A DNA stretch of 64,000 nt from Epithemia pelagica (Eukaryota > Protista > Bacillariophyta): NCBI GenBank assembly GCA_946965045.2, contig OX337229.1, forward strand, positions 1,178,001 to 1,242,000, read 5' to 3'. Position numbers and translations under genes: made by a program. The notes beneath the pieces were generated by a model. The model ran no database searches and was not told where the DNA came from. It was given only the letters and a program-made list of their open reading frames with translations. Numbering within the stretch: the stretch's first letter is position 1; each line of letters opens with the position of its first letter. Of this stretch, positions 54,001 through 64,000 are shown in pieces.

Positions 54001-55113
54001 TTGATCCTCTTGCTGACCGGTCTATCGTGCCTCGCCATTAGTTTTTTGGGTACCATTTCGGCCGTACTGGGATACTTTATCGATCTGGAAGACATGGAAG
54101 AAGTCGAACAGGTTTTTACCATTTGGCTTGTTGCGGTTCCGATATTTTTACCAGTAACTGGCTTGCCTCAGTTTTTAAATGTGGAAACCTCACACCCGTT
54201 TGGTGTTGGTGGGTGGCTCTCGACCTACCTCCTCATTTGTAGTGTTGCGGCGTTTGCATTCGCCCTTTCACTACGGTTGCGATCCACCAAGAATGCCTTG
54301 ACACGTGGTATTGCAAATTTGAGTGTTGTACTGTCATGGGTATTTGCAATCATTGTCCTTTACGGGAGATATGGAGTGGCTGGACTGGATGTGAACTACG
54401 ACGTGACCACAGTCTTTGGAATTCCCGCATCCATTTTTGGGACCTTTGTCCTATCGCTGCTGTTGCTAGCACTCGAGGGAGAAACCTCTGGTAGAGACCG
54501 GAATCGAACCAAACGCGTGACATCCCAATCACCGCGACGAACAACATCGTCCATTGGTCTCGTTTTGGAAAACTTGACGCCATCGAATCAGTGGGTCCCT
54601 CTCGTGGCCGGCACAGCAGTGGTATTCCTAGTGGCTTCCTTGTACGCCGTGTTTCTCCGAGGCGCTGGATTTCTTGCCATCTTTGGTGGAGACAATGTCG
54701 CTCGATCACACGAGGATGTATTTTCGAATGTGTTTGGCGATAAAAAAGACGAACATGATTTGGCTACCTTGGCCGAAAAGGCCATATCCCATGTCAAGGC
54801 ATTGGCCACATCGGCCAGACTAGCGACTGCTGGTTTCTGGACAGCACATGGTATGATTGGCCCGTCGCTTCATGCCGTGGGGATTGTGGCGGTGATACCT
54901 AGTTTGTGGTTCTTGGTGGCCCATGGCTGGGAGAGCAAGGGTCAAAAAGTGTCTCCACTGGTACTCTTGTGCCTTCCGTTGAATCTCATTCCATTGGTTT
55001 TGGCTCGTGGTATTCCGACTCTACAAGCAGCGGCACTCATGGGTCTGGTCGGAGGTTCCCTGCAAGTGTTGGCCGATCGTCGTGCAACGCACGCATCCAA
55101 GATGCGAATATAA
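51082..55113 (+). CDS. Large polytopic membrane protein resembling plant NO EXINE FORMATION 1 (NEF1)
   Basis: 1343 aa with many TM segments; WATLQVEW...MEQTLHALLP and HLATCIGRIFSFYASADDLCDIILIASVPYLLQ resemble NEF1 segments as I recall them. Confidence 0.65.
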   Translation: MYPSYNARPTEPYGQVTPQVTQRRVTETTTTTTYEGGVAATAPTRAASPYSSSSSYMAQPSNQPQQLQQPSPNVAPSYTSSSTAGYASPDYSSIPSTSYSSMNPNIARSTASAKQTPNSHQKQPKQWYPHNTVTACFWIPSLWCVVVQGFESSTPLIGCLCVGLFLYAMDLAQLRQTFLFGTWISVSVLTFLTGWFVLIEDEEGGDSNGGGGAIVLFYLVQIAVMALLFSCGACWATLQVEWLSTATWISMEQTLHALLPLVASSICTYGLADVLEREFGQDTAATLGPYLFALLMALAMMTLGRAAARPSSSNACGSATATANGDKASDTKSSSSSFIVSSSIAFGHVVLLLVGPLLMHLATCIGRIFSFYASADDLCDIILIASVPYLLQYTITWLHETSWLPSPYATPKLGHSASLSGILRPTVVALIASLAAQQRYLINLSHDFSYLFMGAKSPAWLISLYLTGATVTLIFTMSVWGRVSTATNEPLFGEYHDDVVQLSLSLTGLLLGKGVGLPWNFTPLPVLAFLGLSLWLTTRMLRYLSIFLFVVHATGVVVFTYRFAGIEEPISLPFWNLELSLMRFALMIVSASILIGLVTGISVRSSGGYANSWIKRLDVAGSVFILYMILLIALEVSLLKRPVPASELVGVMTDQAESDDMLYDHFWALVTSVLCIILAVFMHRVKIISGKSFGILVSLALGKAVAVYIDSVSMFTVHNSKSKQSPHGEDVFWRSLVAAALCVVLCYPRFVLQPVHVKTAARYRRSLANGSGNTPLPPGSNYAAILYVFVILPVSLALSTPYVLIPLLNAIKSDFQGPAYYSVHPPASEVLGFALSLWGTASLFMLNYYLPDGGGELWKKLAALGFLSGIGIFFAAPTMGLAGDAMANPYASISSVGVQVLNRGKSRTGGWGLVAAGIATLLALTGPLELKERRTDSVRRDKLLLVRSMIFSMLFGGGVAWFIIMQSMSDAPWLILLLTGLSCLAISFLGTISAVLGYFIDLEDMEEVEQVFTIWLVAVPIFLPVTGLPQFLNVETSHPFGVGGWLSTYLLICSVAAFAFALSLRLRSTKNALTRGIANLSVVLSWVFAIIVLYGRYGVAGLDVNYDVTTVFGIPASIFGTFVLSLLLLALEGETSGRDRNRTKRVTSQSPRRTTSSIGLVLENLTPSNQWVPLVAGTAVVFLVASLYAVFLRGAGFLAIFGGDNVARSHEDVFSNVFGDKKDEHDLATLAEKAISHVKALATSARLATAGFWTAHGMIGPSLHAVGIVAVIPSLWFLVAHGWESKGQKVSPLVLLCLPLNLIPLVLARGIPTLQAAALMGLVGGSLQVLADRRATHASKMRI

Positions 55114-55320
55114 TATAATAGAGAATACCCTGTCAGATATTGTAGTTTTTCAAGGAACGACGAGTGGCTCATGAAATGGAAGTGTCCACTTCCGAGCACG
55201 AGAAGGTAGACACACGAATAGAAATGCAAAAGAGTTTTAGTTTTAGTCATGGGATATGCAAGGAACAGCACGGCTGTCGTGGTGCGAATCGGGAATAGAA
55301 TCGTATGGTAGTTCCTGGAT

Positions 55321-57082
55321 CTAGAGACGGAATTCGTCCGGGTACGCTTGCCTCCACGCCTATATGTCATGTGCAACAAACAAACAAACGGATAAGTGTT
55401 TTTCTCTTTTTAAAAATCCACACGCAAGTAACACAAGAATACAATCGTACCTGACACATTTGGGTATAGAGACCGGGATGATTTCGTTCAAATTCCAGGG
55501 GTGCTTCGGCAAAGGAGACAATGACCGTATCCACGGCCGATTCCACCACGGACAAGAGGACCATGGACAAGGCCAAGCCACAGACAAAGGGTACACCAAA
55601 GGCCAACGGCAAGGCCGCACTTCCAAAGTCGGACATCCAATTGGTAATACCGGCCAACAAGAGTCCAAGGCATCCCGTGAGTGCCCCAATCACAAAACTC
55701 ACCAAAAGCAAGGCCCGGACCACGAGATGGTCATTAATAATCGTGGTCCATCCTCGTTGTTGAAAGAGATCGACAACCTTTCTTCCACTGTCGAGGTAGT
55801 TGTAGCCATAGAGACCCACATAAATGTAGGCCCACTTATTGAAGTAGGCCACCAGAGACTCCAGGATATGAACGAGAAATTCCAACACACACAAGAGCAT
55901 GGCTTGACCTGTCGATCGTCGTTTGGCATCTCGGCAAAGCTGATGCAAGAGTTGCAACACGGCCGTCAACAAGCTTCCAAAGCAAATGGATCCCAACGAA
56001 TAGGTTGTGGCCCGGCACAAACTATCGGTAATGGCCGGAGAACAAAAGGTACTGGCATCGTCAGGAGCAAACCACCAGGTTCCTACCGTTCCAGCCGTCG
56101 TGACATGACAGATATTCTTTGACACTTCCGACGTCCAGTAATAGGATAGCAACAAAAGGAGGAAAAAGATGGCATTGGTGTGTGTCGTACAGGTTCCATC
56201 GTCACAGTCGGCCGATCGCATATAAACACCCACCAAGGACAAGATCCAAATCAAGGTCCAGATCGAGACCGCAACCGTGATACCCATGGATACCAAAACA
56301 ATACCACCATTGGTCTGCACAGCTGTCAAGGCAGCCAACAAATTGCTCGCCGCAAACGGGACACGGCTCCAGACTCGCTGGGTATAGAGCACCACCAGGA
56401 GCAAAAAGACACAACTGATTCCAAATCCTACCCAGTGTTGCTCCATGGCCAGGGAAAGAGTGACCAAAACGTTGCAAAAGACGGTAAAGAACAAACTAAA
56501 CTGAATGGTCTTTTCCGCAAACCGGATCATGACCGAAATGGCAGCCGCACCAATGAGCAGCGCTCCCAAACTACTCAGAAAGCACAACAAGAGGAATCCA
56601 CCCAGGTGACCTTCTTCATTGTACACATCTTCGTCAAGAAAGCGATTCGGATCGTTGGAATCACCATTGTCGTTGCTGTCTCCATCACTGTCGGTATTGT
56701 TGTGAAGCGTGTCATCCGTGGGATCCACGTCGTTATTGTTGACCGCTGTGTATTCATAGGACAAGGCTGGAATGCCCCAGGCAAAGGCCACATAAAAAAT
56801 GGCCACTTGATGACTCAAAAACAAGACGGCGGCCCAGGCATCTCTCCAATGATTGGGTTGTCGTTCTCCGGTCGCATGGACAACTACATCGGCACCGTCT
56901 CCACCATCGCCCAAGTACTGGGGGTGGTGGTGGTCCCCCGTTTCGTCCACAAAAACGACCTGTTCCTCCACCACATCTTGTTGTTGTGGAGGTTCTCCGG
57001 CCAACAAACTTTCCGCCAAGGAGGCATGTTCATTGCTTCCACTGGACTTTGGATCAAGGGTGTTGTTCCACATGGTATTCAT
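55321..57082 (-). CDS. Choline transporter-like (CTL/SLC44, Pns1) protein; exons ~57082-55451 and 55359-55321
   Basis: Motifs DAWAAVLFLSH, VTTAGTVGTWWF, TYSLGSICFGSLL and YFNKWAYIYVGLYG; the intron at 55360-55450 gives the C-terminus AWRQAYPDEFRL*. Confidence 0.9.
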
Positions 57083-57325
57083 TTCTTGTCTTTCTCCACA
57101 TCGATGAGATGCGAGTTGCAGAGATGATTTAGACGCTCTCTCCCTCCAAGGCGTTGGGTCGTGCTTCTTGGTCCACGAACCACGAATCGAACCGTCAACA
57201 ACTGACAAAAAATACCGACTACAGACAGCACTGTCGGTTTTTCGGTCTGGCTGTCAGCCCGTCCCACAGATATGGGATCACAAAGATTTTCGACGAAAAA
57301 AGGAAAAATAAAACCTGGCCACGAG

Positions 57326-58399
57326 ATGCCATCCCGAGGAGGCATTGACTATTCAAAATGGGACCATTTTCAAGACAGCGACGACGACGAAAAAGAAGAA
57401 GATAGCCATGTCGCAGTCGGTCAGTCGACGGAAGCACGTGGTGGCGTTCGTGTCACTCGATTGGAGGCACCCTCGTCCGTCACGTTTGGAGGCGGCAACG
57501 AGGATGCAGCAGCCAAGGTTAGCTCCTCTGAACGCAAGGCCCATACTATCAGTCCAAACTCCACGAACAAGAGCTCGAATGCTCCATCTTCTGCACCACC
57601 ACCACCACCACCACCACCACCACCACCACCACCACAAAAAGAACAAGAAACACAAAATGCACTGGCTTCGAGTAGCACACTTGCCAACACCATCCCGAAC
57701 CAAGCCAACGAAAAGGGTGGACCACCACCCAAATGGATTGAAAAGGGTGGATCTTGTTGGCTACCAAAGAATGGTGGTACCCAATTGCATTGGTCCCAAG
57801 ATCGCTATTCCGTCACGCTTCGTTTTGCCATTGACCAGCAAGATCGAAAGCATTGGGTCGCTCGTTTGACGGGCCATGTGTCGACCTTTCAAAATCGTCA
57901 TGTCGCCGTATCGGCCGATCGAGCCCGATTACAAATCTCCCAATCGCCGCCATTGTCCTCGCCTGCGGCAGTGGCCTCTGCAGCAGATCCCACGAGTGTC
58001 GTGCTGGTCGACGACGAAATTCCCTATCCGGTTCATTGGGAAGAGGAGGATGCTCCTCCCCAACACGACGAGGATGGAACGACGTTTCAGGGAGGAAGCT
58101 TGGATTGGTGGATTGAACGCGACGAACGACCATCATCATCGTCGTCATTAACCCAACAACAACAACAACAAGAAGCAGAAACACAAGTCTACTTGACCAT
58201 TACCTTACAAAAAGCAAGTCCCATGGCAGGCTTGGTCTTGTGGTGGAAACGCCCCCTGCAACAGTGTCCGGAAATTATTCTAGAGCATGTCTCCGAGGAA
58301 TCCAGTGCCAAGTCATCTCAGTTTCAGCAAGCATGGAACGAAGCCCATGAACAGTTTCGAACGAAAATGACCAATCGACAACAGTCATCATCGACCTAG
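57326..58399 (+). CDS. CS (p23/NudC)-like domain co-chaperone candidate with an N-terminal IDYSKWD motif
   Basis: GGIDYSKWDHFQDSDDD, a poly-Pro linker, LHWSQDRYSVTLRF and YLTITLQKASPMAGLVLWWKRP. Confidence 0.7.
   Translation: MPSRGGIDYSKWDHFQDSDDDEKEEDSHVAVGQSTEARGGVRVTRLEAPSSVTFGGGNEDAAAKVSSSERKAHTISPNSTNKSSNAPSSAPPPPPPPPPPPPPQKEQETQNALASSSTLANTIPNQANEKGGPPPKWIEKGGSCWLPKNGGTQLHWSQDRYSVTLRFAIDQQDRKHWVARLTGHVSTFQNRHVAVSADRARLQISQSPPLSSPAAVASAADPTSVVLVDDEIPYPVHWEEEDAPPQHDEDGTTFQGGSLDWWIERDERPSSSSSLTQQQQQQEAETQVYLTITLQKASPMAGLVLWWKRPLQQCPEIILEHVSEESSAKSSQFQQAWNEAHEQFRTKMTNRQQSSST
57596..57634 (+). repeat. (CCA)13 microsatellite encoding poly-proline
   Basis: Perfect CCA run, read directly from the sequence. 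Confidence 0.95.
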
Positions 58400-59084
58400 G
58401 ACCATGATATACTGGTCAACAATTCAAACACGCTTCTACGATTGATATCCATGCACAATACATTTTGATCAATCGAATTTCTTGGTCATGTGTGAGGTAG
58501 ACATGGTGAGAAACTGTCGTTTCTTAAAATTATTCTCGCACGGTGGTTGCCACCGCAAGAGAGCAATGGGGCTGGCGAATGGGACAGTCGGTTCGATTGG
58601 ATGAAACCTTCGTTTGTTTGGATCTACTCCTCCTAGAAAACATGAACTCGTTTTAGGAGGGAGAAGCAGGGTAGTTTCCGGCTCTCATGTTGGATAGCGT
58701 TATGCGCGGGTCCATGGTAGACACCGGGGCAGGTTCTGTGTTCTTGGGGTTGGACCGTTGACAACAAATCGTAGAGGAACCCCACTCGTGGAAAGGGGCC
58801 TGTTTTGAATAAGACAATAGGGCGTCCTGTAACCTTCAAGAATAAAGTACTCCTACCTCTAGGATAACAACTCTTTTGGAAGCTACTCCTATGCGCTAGG
58901 AGCAACATACGCGATCCAAACGCGATAGAGGTACCCGGAGGTAAACACACGTGGTGCAGTGCGCAATGCTGGGCGCAGCATCAGCATTGGTTTCTGGGCG
59001 ATCATTGCATCGCTGGAGTGGTGATTTCTATCCTCTCTGTATAGGTCAGACCAAGTTTCGAGACGGGTTGAACAAAGTCACACT

Positions 59085-61524
59085 ATGGCACCTGCTGAAA
59101 AGTCCAATGGAGCACAGGGAGCATGGGCGGCAGGTTTGTCGCAGCAGGATTTGATGTTAAAGGATACGGTCTTGGTCTTGGATGAGAAAGACAAACTTAT
59201 TGGCAGTGCAAGCAAGAAGGATTCTCATGTTTTCTCCACGGCCCAACCCAGAGGGATCCTTCACCGAGCCTTTTCGGTCTTCTTGTTTGACAAGTCTGAT
59301 GGAAGAATGCTGCTCCAACAACGAGCGGCTTCAAAGATCACTTTTCCCAATGTGCGTACCAAATCAAACAGTTTTGAATGATGGACGAACCATGTTGTAC
59401 ACTAATCTTGCACTCTTGTTGCTTCTGCTTAGGTTTGGACCAATACGTGCTGCTCTCATCCCTTGCATGGAATGACACCAGACGAAGTTGATGGTCCCGA
59501 AGCGGTTGCTAATGGCAACCCAGTGGGCGCCAAAAATGCTGCGATTCGCAAGCTCAAGCATGAATTGGGGATACCACTGGACACCTTTAACCCCTCCGAC
59601 TTTAAATTCCTCACCCGACTTCATTACTGGGCCGCCGATACGGTAACACACGGTCCCTTGGCTCCGTGGGGAGAACACGAAATTGACTACGTCCTGTTTG
59701 CGACGGTGGATTCGAAAGATTCGTTGGTCGTTGAGCCGCATCCTGACGAGATTGACGACATTAAATGGGTGTCGATAAGTGAGCTGGACGACATGCTGGC
59801 AGACAAATCACTTTTGTTCTCTCCCTGGTTTCGATTGATTGTTCAAAAATGGCTCAAAACATGGTGGAAGGACTTGGATAAGACTATGACGACAGACGTA
59901 CATTGTGACTTTGCTTCAATTCATCAGTTCGATCCACCCAAGGAGCACTTGGGAGGTGCTGGGAAGGCCGCCCCTCTCTTTCTTAAAGGAGACGACAGGT
60001 AAGGACCATATCATCTTGTTAGCAAGATGGGTTTGTCTAGCTCCACTCATATTGTCTGTTGATAGCAAAAAACAAGGTGCCTACGGCAAGATCAAAACTC
60101 ACAAAGAATCAGTGGTTAAGCAGCTTTTCCATACCGATGAGGTATTTGCTGCAATCACCTTGTTGTACATCAAACCTCTCAAATCCAACCTTGAAGGGGA
60201 CTTTGTTCGAAAGACATTTAATGCTGACGATCTGGCATTTTGTGATGAAATCCTTGTGAAAGTGTCACGCTCATTTGCTGGAGTTATCAGGCAGCTGCCA
60301 TCATCGATGCTTGTGGACATTCTCATTTTTTACTTGGTCTTACGTGCGCTGGATACCATCGAAGATGACACAACATCTTTCGAAAGCAGTGAAATTAAGG
60401 TCAATCTTCTCAAGAACTTTTACAAAACGGCCCTGGTAGATCCCAATTGGTCCATGGACGGTGTGGGCGAAGGGGACGAACGCCGCCTGTTACAAGAGTT
60501 TCCAAAATGCCACCGAGTTTACATGGAACTCAACCCTAAGTCCCGCGAAGTGATTGCCGATATCACAAGGAAAATGGCCGATGGAATGGCTGAATTTGTG
60601 GACAAGGATCTGGGACAGGGAACACTTGATCTCTCTGAATATCGTCGGTATTGCCATTTTGTAGCTGGTCTCGTTGGAGAAGGCTTAAGCCGTCTCTTTG
60701 CAGCCTCTGGCTTGGAAGCAAGTAGCTTCTCCGAAGAGTTGTTCTTGTCAGATCAGATGGGCTTATTCTTGCAAAAAACAAATATTATCCGAGATTACTT
60801 GGAAGATTACGTGGACAAGCGTGCTTTCTGGCCTCAGTCGGTCTGGAAAAAGTATGCAAAGAATGGCGAACTGGGCTTTTTCACGAAGCAGTCAGATCCA
60901 ACTGTTCGCATGCAGTCTCTGTTTTGTTTGAACGAGTTGGTCACAGATGCATTGCAGCTTGTCACAGATTGCTTGGACTACTTGGAAAAACTTCAATGTC
61001 AAGAAGTCTTTCGATTTTGTGCGATACCTCAGGTGATGGCCATTGCGACGCTCGATAAATGCTATGGCAACTCCGATGTTTTCACGGGTGTTGTCAAGAT
61101 CCGCAAAGGTCTTTCGTGCAAACTCATTCTCCGAACGAATACACTGGCAGAAGTCCATGACACGTTTCATACCTTTGCATCATCGATAATGACCAAGGCA
61201 AAAAAGCAGAAAGCGAAAGGTGTGGACGACCCATCCTTCGACGAGACGATTAGCATTTGTGAAAAGATCGTTGCTCGCACATCGGAACTCCACAAGTATC
61301 AACAAATGGCTGTCACTGGGAACCGCGCTCTTTTCTGGGGCATCGTTTCGGCCACCGTTGCGGCGACCTTAGTCATTCATGGTACTGACTTGATCGACAC
61401 GACATGGCGGGTTGCTGCCAAAACTGGATTGGTTGTTTTGGCAACGGCTTGCTCGTGGTGGAACCCTTTATCTCCGCCGGGTTCCAAGCTCCGACCAGCA
61501 GCAGACATTGCAAAGAAGCTCTAG
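59085..61524 (+). CDS. IDI-SQS: Isopentenyl-diphosphate isomerase-squalene synthase fusion; exons 59085-59351, 59433-59998 and 60066-61524 (763 aa)
   Basis: IDI motifs: LHRAFSVFLF, TNTCCSHP, WGEHEIDY, FSPWF. SQS motifs: VSRSF, RALDTIEDD, YCHFVAGLVG, FLQKTNIIRDY, FCAIPQVMA. Two GT-AG introns join the domains in frame. Confidence 0.93.
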
Positions 61525-61812
61525 ATAGATAGGATATCTGTAAATTTGAAGCAATAATATTTCCAATGATGATTTCAAACACTGTTATGGGACATGGCAC
61601 CAACAAGAACTAGGTACTCCTAGTAGGAGTAGGTAGAAGTACTCCTAATGTCCATGGGTAGAGTACCTAGCAGGGTTCTTGAATCGCGTATGAGTCGCTG
61701 CTCATCTGGTGAGGATACTTTTGAGGTGCGTCTTGATTGCTGATGTCAATTGAGAAGTGCAATAGAGAGCTTGGCACAACAATTCTATTTGTAGAAGCCA
61801 CTTTCTTCTGCC

Positions 61813-63306
61813 ATGTTGGCAAGATTAATACAACGTTCTCGAAGCACACTTAGTGGAATTTCTACTGGGTGGAGGTATTTCTATTTCGATCCGCCAACCG
61901 AAAGAAATCCTGTGTCCAATCATGTCTTCGGGCGCTTCTTGTCGTCGATCGAAGGTGTATCTGAAAGTGATCGTGAACTTCTCTTGAAAGAGGCTCATCG
62001 CCCGCAGACTAGCGTTTCACTCCAGGATCTCATGAAAACTGGGCGAGGAGAAAAGTTGTACATGATGTTTGGCGAAGAAACAAGAGAACGTCAAGCTGCG
62101 ACGGAGCTGGTTCTCATTCAGGTTGCTGGCTTCCTGAGACGTGAACTCCCCATTCGACTTGCTCACTGTGTTCAGGATCTGGAGAGCGTTCCGTTGCTTT
62201 CTGAAATGGAGAGTGTGAAGGGAGTCAGAGACCTCTATGTAAAGTCATTCTTGGACCTAATGGCGTTTGGCAACATTGAGAACGTCGAACAAGAAAAGAA
62301 GTTTGCCGCGTTAGTGGAAAACATCTATGAGCGCCATAGCAGTGTTCTCGTGCAGATGGCTCGTTGTGCTTTCGAATTTCGAAAGGCAGTGCGTAATGGA
62401 AAAGGGAATGAATACGAGCTTGAGGACGAGTCCAGCTCTTTTCTCGACCGGTTTTATCTTCTACGTATTGGCATCCGTGTACTCATTGGGCAGTATCTTG
62501 CGCTTCACCAGCCACCAGTTGAAAATTACATTGGTATTATATGCTCAAATACATCCCCTTATGAAATTGTCAAAAGGGCGATTGATGACGCAGCTTTTAT
62601 GTGCACAAGAATGTATGGTGATGCACCTGAGGTGATCATGACCGGAAGGCTTGACTTAACATTTCCCTACGTCCCGACACACCTTCGTAAGTATGGAAAG
62701 AGATGTCATCCTTTTCAATCCTCATGTCAACGAGAACTCACCCGTAGCATCAGACTACATCATGCTTGAACTTCTAAAAAACAGCATGCGCGCGACAGTT
62801 GAATGGCACGGTGTGGACGCAGACTTCCCTCCGATAAAGGTTGTAATTGCCGACGGGGCGGACAATGAAGACGTTGTGATAAAGGTATGTTACCAGAGCT
62901 GCAATAAGTGGTGTTGCTCAGCGATGATCTGATTTTGACGACTCTCTTTAGGTGAGCGACGAGGGTGGTGGAATCACGAGGTCAAACATGAAAAAGATTT
63001 GGAGCTACCTTTTCACTACGGCCGACTCTTCGATTCAAGAGGGGATGGTTGGTGATTCGCCCAAAACTGACCATGGGATTGATGCCCCATTGGCTGGTCT
63101 GGGATACGGGTTACCAATCTCTCGGTCATATTGTCGATACTTTGGAGGCGACCTAAGCATCATGTCCATGGAGGTGGGTACATGCAGCGTGCTTGTCGAG
63201 CGCTGGAGCCATAAAGCTAACGTTTTGCTGACTTTAGGGCTATGGGACGGATGCTTTTGTGTACCTAACACGGTTGGGGAACAGCAGAGAACCACTGCCC
63301 ATGTAA
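61813..63306 (+). CDS. PDK: Mitochondrial pyruvate dehydrogenase kinase; exons 61813-62686, 62754-62884, 62952-63173 and 63238-63306
   Basis: Motifs ELPIRLAH, RIGIRVLIGQY, ELLKNSMRAT, SDEGGGI, AGLGYGLPISR and GYGTDA; three GT-AG introns of 64-67 nt. Confidence 0.93.
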
Positions 63307-64000
63307 AAATTCCATCAATCTGCAAAGGACATCTGCCTGTAGAAACAAAAAATAAATAGAGTCAAGCAAATAATCGTCAAGAGGCGAAGCCAAACAATTT
63401 GAGGGTTGGATTTTCTCAGAGAGGTTGTGAACAAGTGGGTCCTCTTGAATATGCGTTTACGTTTTGCATCTTGTTTGCCTTAGCTCTACTAGAGGCCAAA
63501 TGGAAGGTTATGGTAGTACCCCCTAGCGGGGGTGAGTCATGAGGATTAGTGACCGGAATTTGATGAGCATTCTCTTACTCAGTTTGCACACCAAAAGCAC
63601 GACACACATGCGACCCGACCACTCACCCCTACTTGGGGGTAGTTATGGAAGTAGGTCATCAAAATGATCGCGATGCCCCAATGATTCGGATTCCCCTCAC
63701 AGAAAATGACTCCTTTCTCATTCCTATGACCAATGACTAATGACCGGGATGACCCTGGAAACACAAATGACTGTGCATCAATCTGTACTGTGCCTCTTGA
63801 AAGTCATTCGGAACCAATCATGAAAGCGTCCAATACAATCTCTTCAATAAAATGGAGAATGGTCGGTTCATTCCCCACGTCATGTTCAAGTGGGGTGAAC
63901 GGCCCCTAATTGGGATTGGGATTGGGAGGGCACAACAACTACAACTACGGGATCATTGATCATCGAGTGCGCGATGCGCGTGCTTGCTTGGGGCCTGGGT

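Noticed and set aside
56180-57127. Long antisense and overlapping ORFs (e.g. 56180-57127 +, 55364-56122 +, 48183-49079 -, 14480-15232 +)
   Set aside because: These are shadow ORFs opposite well-supported genes and have no independent motifs.
58600-58640. WMKPSFVW, resembling the DUF4291 motif WIKPSFLW
   Set aside because: It is immediately followed by a stop codon, and neither the flanking sequence nor the downstream QWDPER motif is present; probably chance.
12427-61524. Sterol-related gene cluster (VASt protein plus IDI-SQS)
   Set aside because: The two genes are over 40 kb apart with many unrelated housekeeping genes in between.
63517-63534. Hairpin ACCCCC-TAGC-GGGGGT, similar to the LINE 3' UTR hairpin ACCC-TAGC-GGGT
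   Set aside because: Similarity does not extend beyond the hairpin, so it is too short to call a SINE or LINE remnant.
63579-64000. Possible terminal exon(s) of a minus-strand gene and a GGGATT/G4-like tract at the window end
   Set aside because: No consistent reading frame or family motif could be assembled within the window.

Overview
A gene-dense, compact eukaryotic window with short GT-AG introns (64-147 nt). It is most likely from a pennate diatom: there are ASAFAP-type bipartite plastid presequences, an IDI-squalene synthase fusion and an Ambal-like LINE. About 25 protein-coding genes are supported: a TTL-family ATP-grasp protein, GT32 glycosyltransferase, CYTH/thiamine triphosphatase, WDR55, Ric8, a methyltransferase, a BAR-like/GRAM/VASt lipid-transfer protein, DBP5, a PhyH-like dioxygenase, a frameshifted SF1 helicase, Exo84, an LRR protein, plastid RPE, DUF1118, a NEF1-like protein, CTL, a CS-domain protein, IDI-SQS and PDK. 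There is also a papain-family 3' remnant. The most striking object is an 8.4-kb apparently full-length non-LTR retrotransposon on the minus strand (33112-41517; ORF1, then APE-RT-RNase H-CCHC ORF2). It is bounded by a perfect 19-bp direct repeat (candidate target-site duplication) and ends in oligo(T) rather than poly(A) in its sense strand. Its ORF1 stop overlaps the ORF2 start (ATGA), and it sits inside a CpG-rich, hairpin-rich ~390-bp module that is itself flanked by an 11-bp direct repeat. A second unexplained structure is a ~280-bp near-identical non-coding duplication (46095-46374 / 46701-46980) carrying a perfect 18-bp palindrome. No rRNA, tRNA or CRISPR arrays were found. All family assignments are from motif recognition by eye; no database searches were run.
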